Shown: positions 11,250 to 22,502, numbered from the whole stretch's first letter. The stretch: DNA of 63,112 nucleotides, filler included, from Moniliella sp. 'wahieum' (GCA_003971905.1; 4 parts of 4 records of this genome joined end to end with filler, not necessarily neighbours in it); one strand, 5' to 3'. Made by a program: numbers and translations. The notes: generated from the letters alone by a model not told the origin.

Positions 11250-13774
11250 GGGAACTGGCGTGGCGTGCGGACGGGGGACCCCATTGAGGCGCAGGCCAAG
11301 GTGGGATGTATTAATACCCCAGAGCGATGGAGACGTAGTGGGGTTGGGAGGGTGGGGATGGGCGTGATATGATGGGCGGAGTGTTGCATCGGTTGTGCGG
11401 CGGAGGGGGAGGCGAGTGGTTGGTATACTATGAATACGACGGTACCTTTCAATGGTAGGACTATAGCGTTACGCATGCTATTACACTGTTATAACACGTG
11501 ACGTGCGCGTGACGGGTCAACAAAGCCGGCGGGTGAGAGACTAGCAGCCGGCAAGGAAATAGTAGCACCTAGGAACCATATCAACAGTATCACTCCACCT
11601 ACGCACTGCCTCCCCACGAGCACGTAGTCACTAGCCCCTGCCGCGCAGTGTACCCAGTGCGCTGTCACAGCATAGCCGGTGGCAGCCACGTTGGAGGGGA
11701 TAGAATATGGATTTCCATGGAAATTTGTGCAGCAGAAATCCATTCGGAAGGCGGGGCTTTTGCCTGTGACTAGTGACTGCGTACTATAATAGTAAGAAGA
11801 AAGTGTGCCATATGCTTGCCGTTGCTCATTCCTTGCAACACGGAATCTACCGGCCGTCCCTGTGCCGCACATCGGCCGTCCGGCGCCTGGCCGTCTGCAC
11901 CCATCGGACCCACCGGCCACCCCGGCTTGCAGGAGCAGAGAAGGCTGTGTAACATGTAATACTCGAAATACTCGACTTTGGCCGCGCGTTGGCGCCGCCG
12001 AGGCGCGAGCTCGGGCGCTGCTCCTGTTTTCCCTTGCCCAGCTGGCCGCGTTCCGACGACTCCTAGTTTCCTGAAAGAGCTAGGAAGCTGATCACGCCAC
12101 CGGAGGGGGAACGAAGGATCGAGTGGAAGCGGTGTTGTTCGTGGAGAGAAAAGGCAGGAGGGGAAGTGAATATTGAATTCGGTACTCATGCGTCACGGGC
12201 CCAAAAAGGAAAGTACAGGGGGGTGACAAGTGAAGACAGTGCAGTATGGCTTGGCAGTGTCAGTGTGTTCGCACGGGTCTATTCAATACAGAGAAGGTAT
12301 CATCTCGCGCGTCAATATGCACACTACAACACCGGGTGAGGTGCAGGGAAGGCAAAGAGGGAAGCGAGTGGGTGCCCGGGTGGGTCGGGGTGTGAGGTCA
12401 GGGGGGTTTTGGAGTCCAACAAAACAAAATCGATAGTGCAATGGCAACTGAAGTTGCTCCTCGCGAGGGGACACGGGGACACACCCTTTTGTCTGTGGGA
12501 ACTGTTGATGAGAAGCGAGACTGATTAATACACAACGGGGCCCGAATCCATCTCAATGTACTAAGACTATAGTTTCCGCGGTTACTTTCCTCGCACGGGG
12601 GAACGTGGATCGACCGACGCGATCCGGCAGCACAATTGGCCACCTGCGGCACCTGCCCTTAGGCCTTACGGTTACCACGGGTCCTGTTACGGCCGCTGTG
12701 GCCAGGGTTGTATGACGGTCCACGACGGTCAGAATCGTTTCTGGCACGGTAACCAAGTCGATGGCTGCGCCGACGCCGGGGACTCCCGCTGATCCCGGCG
12801 GACCAGCGCACCCACCCTACCCTCCATCAAAGTCCACGACGCGGCCTTGGTGAGCCGGGAAAGGCGAGAGCGCATCAAGGCGCCAGACTCACCGCGTTTT
12901 GGCGCAGTTGGTGGCTCCACTCGTCACATGAATTGGTGGCAGTGTAACTAACTGTATTGTAACTTGGCGATGCGCTCCATATGGCTCGGTTCGCTTCTAG
13001 ATCCAATTTCAGAGTGTCTCGTTTGGAGGTGCGTCTCGCTGGTTCCCTCTTTTCTTGGTGAATATGCTTTCCTTTTACCCCCCCGGCTGGGGGGGTACAC
13101 AGACGGAGTGGAGTATACAACGAGCACCAAGTGTATACACCCACCGAGCCCCCCGTCCTGAATCTTTCAAGTTGAGCATCACGCATCCCGTCCTATCACC
13201 CCACCAGCGCACCGCGCTTGGCTCAACTCTTCATCGCCAACCCCCGATTGGCCACCACCACCACCAGAACCACCGGCATCGGTATCGGTACCATGTCCAC
13301 GCGTACCTGCGCCGCTGCACCGATCGTGGCAGCTAGCCTCGCACCCTATTACGCGCAACGGCTCGCGGTCCCCGTCGCCCGGGCTGACCCACAAGGCGAA
13401 GCGGCAACCGAAGAAGGGCGAAGGGGGAACGTGGTGAGTGCCGAGCAAGGCACGAGTGCGAGACTAGGTTATCTCAGATGGAAGATGAACTTATGCACTG
13501 GAGTGTGCGTGGGGAACACCTCCTCTACGTGGAGGTAATGCTGAACGCGCTCGGTTGGCAAGGGGCATGTACGGCTTTGGACCGCTCGGAAGCGTATACG
13601 ACGCACAGGACGTTAGTAGCGATGAAGAACACCTTGCTGCCCAGAATCATCGCGTCGTCAGTTTTGGTAAGGCCCAGTTGGTCCAGTTGGGTCATACGCG
13701 CACCGTCATGGAAGATCAGCGATCGGTACGGTCTCCTTGTGTGTTTGTGTATCTGGCGCGGTTGGAGCACCACG

Positions 13775-13865
13775 CGGGGTACTCCTCGCGATATACTCCT
13801 CGCGGGGTGCTCCTCCGGGGGTACTACTCGCGGGGTACTCCTCGCCGGGGGGTACTCCTCGTGGT
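13775..13865. repeat. Degenerate ~15-bp minisatellite (GGGGTACTCCTCGCG)x~6
   Basis: Repeated ggggtactcctcgc / atatactcctcgcg / gggtgctcctccgg units. Confidence 0.8.
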
Positions 13866-14934
13866 TGCGGCGTGGGGCGCAGAGTGGGTGCATCGTCGAG
13901 CATCGAACAGAAAGCTAATGCCATCTCAGGTGGACGACAGTCAAGTGCTGCGGGACGGGGTGGAGATGGATGGGGACGTGTCGGATGCCGAGGGTGGACG
14001 GGGGGTGTTGTAGGCGGCCACAGGGTCATGCGGCCGCAACGTTGGCTGCGCAAATGGCTGCTGAGCGGCGCGCGTCTCATCGCCTGTGGTCTGCTGGTGC
14101 TGCTGGTGCTGGTGGGTCCGCGGGGTCGGACGGGTAGGATGAGTTTGATGCGTCGCACGCCGGGCTGCAGCAGGACGCAGACTTGTACGAAGCCTCGTTT
14201 GAGCAGCGCGATATGGATGCCGACATTGAGGACCTGGATGCGTAACGTGTAACGCGTAACGCGTAACACTTGTGCGCCGTGTACCACGTCCACCCCCCTT
14301 CCCTCCCGTGAGTGGATGGGATGCGTGCGAGGGGGAAATATCCGTGGAGACCCTTCTGGCCCTTTTATGGCCTTTCTTTCTGTTCGCACCAGCACCTACA
14401 CCCCTAACTCATCAAACCACACCTACTTGTTGTTACTATCCGGTCCTACCTTGGGACCATGGAAAAAGAACAAGAAAAAGAAAAAGAAAAAGCAAAAGCA
14501 AAGCATGTCGTTTTCCCCTCTTGCGTCGCTTGGCCGCGTTCCCCAACGAACCAGTCGCGGGTTAACCAGTCGCGGGTTCGATTCGGTTCGTTTAGTCGGT
14601 GGGCGCTTTTGTCGCGAGGAAGACTCCCCCCCCACCCCAACTCGACACTGGGGTTGGCCCTAAGGCCTAGGGCGGGCACGGACGATGTACCTCTCCGAAC
14701 GCACCCGATACCCGACACGTCCGAGCCATCGCGTCTGTCTACCTCGAGCGCTGCTGCCCAACCCATGATGCATGGCATGGTGCATGCATGACCCATGGTG
14801 CGGGCCCAATGTCCCATGTAATGTCATTGGTGCATATTCCGATGCGTGGATGAACCGCGTACGCTCGGCAGGGCCAGCCAGCTGGGCCGCCGCGCAATTC
14901 GCAATCCACCACGCGGAACCAAGATCACAAGCCA

Positions 14935-17060
14935 ATAGGATGAAGTGAAGCCAAACGGGATGGACATGGGACATGGGACAAGGGGCAAGGGGCAAGGGGC
15001 AAGGGGCAAGGGGGCAATAACAAGCCAATCGGATCCAGTCCAAGATGATCAAGGGAGGCCAATGAAGGGGATGAATGAAGAAGAAGATAAGTGAGAATGC
15101 AAGCAAAGGCGAGGGTAGGGGGGTTGGGAGAATGAATGAAAGAGGGAAGAGGGAAGAGGGGGGAGGGAAGAGGGGAGAAGGCAGGAAGGGGAAGGCCGAA
15201 AACTTGTGTGAAGCGGGCCGGGGAGGAAAGCGTTCAGGGAGGACCGGGCCAGGTGGGTCGAAAGGGTAGAAATGATGGGACAGGAAAGGTGTGGGAAAAG
15301 CAGAAAATGGGGAAGGTGGGAAGGCGAGGTGGATAAATGGTCGGATCGATGAATGATGGAATGGATGGATGGGTGGATGAATGCAGGGATAAGTGCACAA
15401 ACGGATAAATGGACGAATGGATAAGGGACGAATGGATAACTGGATAACTGGATAAATGAATGAATGAAGGACGAAATGGATGGAAGGATGAGGAGACACA
15501 AGAGCAACAACGAAATGCAAAGCCAACACCAACCAGTGCAGTGGGAGACAGAGGGGAGAAGGGAGGGGAGAAGGGAGGGAGAGGGAGAAGGGAGAGGGAG
15601 GCCGGTAGAGAGAGAGGAATTGGGAGGCCGGGAAAGAAAAAGGCGCGTGGGGGGGGTGGGGGGGGGTAAGAGTAATGGGCAAGGAGCAAGGGGAAACGAG
15701 GAAAGGGGAAAGGGTAGAAAAGGAAGGACATTCACTCAACACCACCATCTCTCAACCACCACCATCCCTCCCTGGCGCGACCTCCACCCCACTTCCTGTT
15801 CCAAGTCAGCTCCCATTCCAATCCAACAGGCCAACAGCCACAAACCAAGGAAAACAAAAAAAGAACACAAAACACAAAGAAAGCAAAGCAAAAGTATAGT
15901 ATCCCGCCGGGGAAACCACAGTGCAACACATGAAGGGGAAAAACAGAAAAAAGGAAAGGAAAAAGAAAGGAAAAAACAGGAACAGGAACAGGAACAGGAA
16001 TAGGAATAGGAACAGGAACAGGAACGGAAACAGGAACAACAGAAAGATAGGGGAGGGGAGGGGCCACGTCGGGTCCGGTTTTGAGGGGCGGAAGGCGCGA
16101 AAGTGAAGTGTCAAGCGAGTGGAATGGAAATGGGGATGGAAATGGGAATGGGAATGGGAATGGGGATGGGAATGGGAATGGGAATGGAATGGGGATGGAA
16201 TGGGAAATGAATGGGGGATGGGGGATGGGGGGATAGGGATGGGGGATGAGCGAAAAAACCAAAATGAGATGGAAATGGGATGGGATGGGATGGGGGGAAT
16301 TAGCTGGACTGGAGGGTGACCGCTGGACCGCTGGAACGGAACGCTGGAAGGTTGATGGGATGTGGAATTGGGGTAAGCATCCGAGTCGATCAATGTCAGT
16401 GTCGAGGTCGATGTCGATGTCGATGTCGATATCGATATCGATATCGATGAACCGAGATGGACAGAATATGAAGCTTGAAGCTTGACTTCTACTTGAAGTG
16501 GAAGTGAAGGGTACTTGGACTGGCCTGGGGACTTGGACTGGGATTGGGACTGGGATTGGGACTGGGATTGGGACTGGGATTGGGGCTTGGGACTTGGCAC
16601 GGCAAAGAAAGGTGAGGAACGGTGAGGTGAGGAATGGTGAGGCTGAGGCGGGAAAGGTAATCGTCGGATGCGATCAGCGTTTTGGGGGGTGTGTGGTACG
16701 GTGGGATGGGGTACGGTGGGATGGATGGGGTACCATAGGATGGGGGGTTTGGGTACCGTGGGATCAAGCCAACTTCAGCAAAAGGGCAAGCAAAAGGTAC
16801 GCTCAAGTAGGCTCCAGGAGGGCACGAAAGCGCAAGCGCAATCCAGAGTCACGAGCAGAGAAACAAAGGGAAACAAAGGGAACAAAGAACGAGAAAAAAA
16901 GAAAAGCAGAGGTGTTCGAGTGGGGGGGGGGGGGGGGGGTAAAGGAAGGTAAAGGATGAAGGGAGAGAAGTCACGAGGTACGTGAGGGGGATGTGTAAGT
17001 GTAAGTGTGAGCGTAGGAGGAAGGGGTTGGGGGGTTTAAATCGACGGCGAAGGCATGGGC
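14935..17060. repeat. Purine-rich low-complexity block with several microsatellites: (GGCAAGG)n, (AGGAAC)n, (GGAATG)n, (GTCGAT)n, (GGGATTGGGACT)n
   Basis: Arrays at about 14978-15010, 15978-16036, 16120-16205, 16400-16450 and 16540-16583; all ORFs here are repeat translations. Confidence 0.85.
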
Positions 17061-17069
17061 TCGTCCATA

Positions 17070-17169
17070 NNNNNNNNNNNNNNNNNNNNNNNNNNNNNNN
17101 NNNNNNNNNNNNNTTAATTAATTAANNNNNNNNNNNNNNNNNNNNNNNNNNNNNNNNNNNNNNNNNNNN
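17070..17169. other. Artificial contig linker (N44-TTAATTAATTAA-N44)
   Basis: Six-frame stop spacer between N runs; the same construct recurs at 33926 and 51826. Confidence 0.97.
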
Positions 17170-17178
17170 CTAACCCTA
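17170..17178. repeat. Telomere-repeat remnant CTAACCCTA at the start of contig 2
   Basis: In-phase piece of (CCCTAA)n, replacing the expected 5.8S sequence upstream of ATTGCAGAA. Confidence 0.55.
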
Positions 17179-17260
17179 TTGCAGAACCGTGAACCATCGA
17201 GTCTTTGAACGCATCTTGCGCCAGGGGGCTATTCCCCCCGGCATGCCTGTTTGAGTGTTG
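17178..17260 (+). rRNA. 5.8S rRNA, 3' part only
   Basis: ATTGCAGAA..GTGAACCATCGAGTCTTTGAACGCA..GGCATGCCTGTTTGAGTGT conserved 5.8S blocks. Confidence 0.92.
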
Positions 17261-17386
17261 TGAATCCTTATCATTCGGTGGAATGGATATGGGAGCTTGA
17301 TCCATCGGGGACTCTCCTGAAAAGTACGAAGGTACCACTAGGAAGCGACGTGTTGTAGTGGGAGGCCGATACGAAACCCCCCCCGA
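17261..17386 (+). other. ITS2 (short, about 125 bp)
   Basis: Spacer between the 5.8S 3' end and the GACCTCAGATCAGGTAGG start of 28S. Confidence 0.85.
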
Positions 17387-19572
17387 TTCGACCTCAGATC
17401 AGGTAGGACTACCCGCTGAACTTAAGCATCAATAAGCGGAGGAAGAGAAACAAACATGGATTCCCTAGTAGCGGCGAGCGAAGCGGGATGAGCCCAGATT
17501 TGAAAGCTCCCTTGCGGGCGCATTGTAAGCTGGAGACGTGCCTCGTGCGGTGCGGCTGGACGCCAAGTCTGCTGGAAAGCAGCATCAGAGAGGGTGAGAA
17601 TCCCGTGCTTGGTCTGGCCTGGTGCCGTGTTGTGGGGTGCGCTCGACGAGTCGCGTTGTTTGGGAATGCAGCGCAAAGAGGGGTGGTAAAGGCCATCCAA
17701 GGCTAATATGGGGGAGAGACGATAGCGAACAAGTACCGTGAGGGAAAGATGAAAAGCACTTTGGAAAGAGAGTTAAAGAGTACGTGAAATTGCCAAAAGG
17801 GAAGCGTTGGAAGTCAGTGCCGGAGCGGCGCCTCGTCTGCCCCTCTCGGGGGGTGTACTGTGGCGGCCGTGGGGCCCATGTCGGTTGCGTGTGGGGGAGA
17901 AGGCGGCGCGGAAGGTGGCTTTCCCTCTGGGGGGAGTGTTATAGCCGCGCTGTGGATGCCCCGCGTGCGACCGAGGACTGCCGTTGGTGGACATGGGTTA
18001 ATGGCTTTCAGCGGCCCGTCTTGAAACACGGACCAAGGAGTCTAACATGTATGCGAGTATGTGGGTGGCAAACCCGGCGTGCGAATGAAAGTGATGTGGG
18101 TACGAACCCTCGGGTGCAGTACCGGCCGGCCCTGCGTGTGCGCACAAGATGGGTCTGAGCAAGAGCATACCTGTTGGGACCCGAAAGATGGTGAACTTTG
18201 CCTGGCTAGGATGAAGCCAGGGGAAACCCTGGTGGAGGTCCGTCGCGGTTCGACGTGCAAATCGATCGTTTGAGCTGGGCAAAGGGGCGAAAGACTAATC
18301 GAACCATCTAGTAGCTGGTTCCTGCCGAAGTTTCCCTCAGGATAGCAGAAGCTCGTGTGAGAACAATTTTATGAGGTAAAGCGAATGATTAGAGGCCTTG
18401 GGGACGAAATGTTCTTAACCTATTCTCAAACTTAAATGCGTAAGAAGCACTTGCTGCTTGGTTGAGCTTGTGCGTTGAATGTGAGTTTCTAGTGGGCCAT
18501 TTTTGGTAAGCAGAACTGGCGATGCGGGATGAACCGATCGTGTGGTTAAGGAGCCAGAGTACACGCTCATGAGACACCACAAAAGGTGTTGGTACATCTA
18601 GACAGTTGGACGGTGGCCATGGAAGTCGGAATCCGCTAAGGAGTGTGTAACAACTCACCAACCGAATGTACTAGCCCTGAAAATGGATGGCGCTGAAGCG
18701 TGTCTCCCATACCACACCTTTCGTGCCAGAGTTGTGCGAAAGAGTAGGCAGGCGCGGGGGGTTTTGTGCCGAAGCGTTGGGCGTGGCCTGCGTGGAACGG
18801 CCCCTGGTGCAGATCTTGGTGGCAGTAGCAAATATTCAAGCGAGTAACCTTGAAGACTGAAGTGGAGAAAGGTTCCATGGTAACAGCAGTTGGACATGGG
18901 TGAGCCGATCCTAACCGATAGGCTGATGCTGATCCATAGCACCCTTTTGGGGGGTGTGGTTCGGGAAAGGGAAGACGATTAAGATTCCGTCGCCGGGATG
19001 AGGATGTATGGAGCGGTAACGCAAGCAAGCCAGGAGACGCTGGCGAGTACCCCAGGAAGAGTTTTCTTTTCTTAACCATGCTGAGAATGCGCCGTGGAAT
19101 CGGGTTATCCGGAGAGACGGTGCAGGGCGTGGGAAGAGTGCTGGCGCTACGCTGGCATCTGGTGTGTGCTCGACGGCCCGTGAAAATCCTGGTGCGTGTC
19201 TAGTCTCTCGCCCGGTCGTACTGATCACCGCAGCAGGTCTCCAAGGTGAAGAGCCTCTAGTTGAAACGAGAACGTAGGTAAGGGAAGTCGGCAAATTTGA
19301 TCCGTAACTTTGGGAGAAGGATGGCTCCAAGGCTTGGGTGCTGGCCGGGGCGTGCGGGTGGCGGCCTGGGCTGCCGGGGGCGCAAGCTCCTGGCGGCTGG
19401 GCGGCGCGCTGCGCGCGGTCCGAAAGGTGCGCTGAACAAGCGACTTGGAACTGGTACGGACGCGGGGAATCTGACTGTCTAATTAAAACATAGCATTGCG
19501 ATGGCCATAACGTGGTGTTGACGCAATGTGATTTTGCCCAGTGCTCTGAATGTCAAAGTGAAGAGATTCAAC

Positions 19573-19634
<62 letters not shown>

Positions 19635-19686
19635 TTAATTCGTGACGCGCATGAATGGATTAACGAGACTCCCACTGTCCCTATCT
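17387..19686 (+). rRNA. 28S (LSU) rRNA, 5' ~2.3 kb, truncated at the 3' side
   Basis: ACCCGCTGAACTTAAGC, GTCTTGAAACACGGACC, GCAGATCTTGGTGG, GGGAGTAACTATGACTCTCTTAAGGTAGCC; homology ends after CCCACTGTCCCTATCT. Confidence 0.97.
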
Positions 19687-20728
19687 GGTGGAGGTCCCTC
19701 GCGGTTCTGATTGAGTAATATAACCGGCGCCTCTGATTCCCCCTCTCTTCGGAGAGAGGGGGGCTTTGCATCTGCGAAAGCCAACCCTTCAGAAACATAC
19801 CACAAATTGGCAAAGAAAAAGGATGGAATAGGAATCGAATTGCTTGTGTGTGATACCCCCTCCCCTTTCCCCTGTTGCGTCTTTGTTACCGATCCCCCCT
19901 GTAAGGGTCCAACTTGTGGATATACTGACCTCCTTCCGACTTGTAACGTATACTGATCCCTGCAGATGCTGACTTGTGAATAGACTGTTCAGGCAGACCA
20001 CCTGGACAGAGGTCTTCCAGCCACGCGAGAGTAGCGTTCCATTCCCCTGTATCCCCCGCACGGGACTGCCTCCCCATCCCCTCATAGATCAATGCATTCC
20101 TTCATGCTATCCCTCTACTCTAGCACCACCACCATCCGCCACCATAGAACTGTGCCCACACCGCATCCCGTCCGATCTGCGACGGTCACCACTGCATCAC
20201 CCAGTAAGTGTATATATACCGCAATGGAAGATGAGAAGCCCCCATGAGAATCCTCGGTGCCGTCATCCTTTCTGCTCCCTCTACCTCTCCAGCTGCACCT
20301 CCGCGCCTATCTTTCTGCCCGCAAGCAGCCCCCTTCCAGAGCTCCCTTTCGTTCTATGAGACGCCCCCCATCGCCCATTCCAGCACTGCAGTCACATGAG
20401 CAGCTGCGCCGCATAGTACCTCCCAACTTTGCACCCTAACTCTGCCAAATGATCGAACCCCCTGACGGATCACACAACATTCCCACAGGATATGGGTATG
20501 ATCCTTGTTCTAGATCTTCCTTGCCCCCTTTTGTGTCTCTTTCCCCTCATCACGCGTGGTCTACCGTGTGATAGCTTCTCCTTCTCCTCTGGTATATAAG
20601 GCACCATTCCCTGCAGCCTGAATGAATACTGTCGGCATCCGAAGCAATCTCCCTCTTACAAAGCACGCTCCAGTTAGCCCACAGGCTCGTCGCCAGACGT
20701 TTGCTGCTCTGGGCCTGTTGCGTGGACG

Positions 20729-20761
20729 AAAAAAAAATGACGCCAGCGGGATTCGAACCGA
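20729..20761 (-). pseudogene. tRNA-derived 3' fragment (T-arm/B box, acceptor half, oligo-T)
   Basis: Minus strand GGTTCGAATCCCGCTGGCGTCA followed by T9; no convincing D arm or anticodon arm found upstream. Confidence 0.4.
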
Positions 20762-22061
20762 GGGCAGATAGACAGCCTTGAAGCTTTACGGTTCAACGCC
20801 AGCGACATCCTGATGAGAGAGCATTGCACTAGAAAATCTAAAGACTAGTAGCCATCTTATGTAGCCTTGTCCTGCTTGCTACCGCCAACGCCTGTCTCTG
20901 GCCCGCAATCAACCGCGTACGTTCCTGTCCCCAACGCTTCAGCATCCATTGCGGCCACCAAAGCCGAGTGGACCAGGACATTGCCACAAACCTTCACAGA
21001 TAGTCTGTCTGGATCCTATATTGTGCTGCCTTTTTGGGACTCTTTCTCCCCCAGCAGGAACCAAAAACCGAACAAAATTAACGCCCCACATGGGATTCAA
21101 TGCTCAGAGCTTCGATCACAGATCGCTCAGACTAGGACAAAAAAAAAACAGGAGAAATGCTGCAGGAGACAAAGAACTAAAAGAAAAAAATGCTTGCGCC
21201 ACGGTCGATCTCTTGGTGTAGTAGTGGGATCTTCAGATTATTAGGTTCATCGAAAGTAGGGCAGGTATGGTGCTTGTGGTGGTTTGAATGTAGTACTTGT
21301 GGTGCGCTTTGGTAGGTTATGGTGCTTGTACTGTGCTTGTGGTGACTTGAATTTGGTACTCGTGGTGTGCTTGCGGTAGTTATGCATTATGGTGCTTGTG
21401 GTGGCTTATTACATGCAGGGGTCATTTTGCGGGAAACGGCGCCGCAGGGGCTTCCAGCGCCGCCACAGCGCCGCCCCGGCAGCCTGCTTCCCGTTGTTGT
21501 CCTCCGCCTTGATGGTGTGGTGTGGTTGTGGTTGTCGTTGTAGCCATCTTCTTTCTTCCCCCACCGTCCGTGCTCTTCGCTCGCCCAAAGAGCGTCTGGG
21601 AAGAGCGATCGGTGGGCATGGACAGCCCCTCTTCCGGCTCATCGGCGCGCCACCGCCCTTGGCGAAGCGGGGACCTGTGAAGCGGTCCGCGTGACCAACA
21701 AGAGGCATCCAGCTCTTGTGCTTGGTCCGGCGCCACCGCTCGTGCCATCCCGTGCGTGGGGAGAAAGCGCGGTCGCCAGTCGTCGTACGTCTTCCACGTC
21801 CACCACCGTCGTTTGACCCCGCCCCGCTGACGCCGTCGCCTGGGTCGACAATCTGGATCATCTCTTCGTGGTGCTCTTCGATCTGCTCGGCCGCATCCCA
21901 ATTGCCTGCACGTGCCAGCGCGTACGGCGGCGGTGCGGCGGTGCCGAGCGTCGGCAGCGACACGGACAAGGGCAGCGCAACAGGGGTCGGGGAGGCGCCT
22001 GGAGTGGCGAGCGGGGCAAGGTCAATGGTCGAGTGGGCAAAGCGGGGCCGATCGGCCCCAA

Positions 22062-22440
22062 GTGGGTACAAGATGGATACAGGTAATACGCTTGAGATGG
22101 TGCATCGAGAGGGGACAGCGAGGTGAGCGGGCGAGGATGGGCAGTTGACCGAATCGTCTTGCGACAGACGGCCCTCTGTTGGATCGCCCCCAGGTGGGTT
22201 CAAGATGGGCTCAAGTACGCTTGAGATGGTGTATCGAGACGGGAGAGGGAGGGGAGCCGGCGAGGATGGGCAGTTGGCCAAATCTTCTTGCGACAGACGA
22301 CCCTCTGTCGGATCGGCCACCGATGGGTTCAAGATGGGCTCAAATACGCCTGGGGTGCTGTATCGAGAGGGGAAAGGGAGGTAAGCGGGCGGAGGATGGG
22401 CGGTTTGCCCAAATCGTCTTGCGACAGACGACCCTCTGTC
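22062..22440 (-). repeat. ~129-bp tandem repeat, about 3 copies, reading as a 43-aa repeat on the minus strand
   Basis: gcgacagacg(g/a)ccctctgt recurs at 22161, 22290 and 22421; translation PSRY..S.V.EPILNP...DPTEGRLSQ.D..NCPSSPA repeats in ORF 21409..23361. Confidence 0.85.
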
Positions 22441-22502
22441 GAAGGCGGCAGCGGCTCCAAGTCGAACCCCACGTTCAACACTTCCCCCAGTCAACGGGCG
22501 GG

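Noticed and set aside
12553..12920. Possible gag-like or transposon relic
   Set aside because: No diagnostic motif or repeat boundary found
14545..14592. tRNA or SINE suggested by GTCGCGGGTTCGATTC
   Set aside because: Part of a local 15-bp duplication (aaccagtcgcgggtt x2); no cloverleaf or T-stem complement
16540..16583. GGGATT array as telomere-derived sequence
   Set aside because: GGGATT is the reverse, not the complement, of TTAGGG and alternates with GGGACT like the other local hexamer repeats
14660..16959. Long ORFs with FLFL, WEWE, SQSQ and NRNR runs
   Set aside because: Translations of microsatellites with no domain signal
17114..17125. TTAATTAATTAA as a piggyBac target site or biological motif
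   Set aside because: It sits in the centre of identical N-padded spacers three times; it is a concatenation linker, so neighbouring contigs are not physically linked
17409..19482. ORFs listed across the rDNA
   Set aside because: Chance frames within 28S rRNA
19687..20050. Group I intron, HDV-like or hammerhead ribozyme at the 28S junction
   Set aside because: No P7/J8-7 core nearby, no P3 pairing around CCCTCGC, CTGATTGAG..GAAA lacks a matching stem III, and the 3' exon never resumes
22062..22440. CRISPR-like repeat-spacer array (also considered for 44072-44312 and 45229-45370)
   Set aside because: Whole units are homologous with no unique spacers, the context is eukaryotic and no cas genes are present
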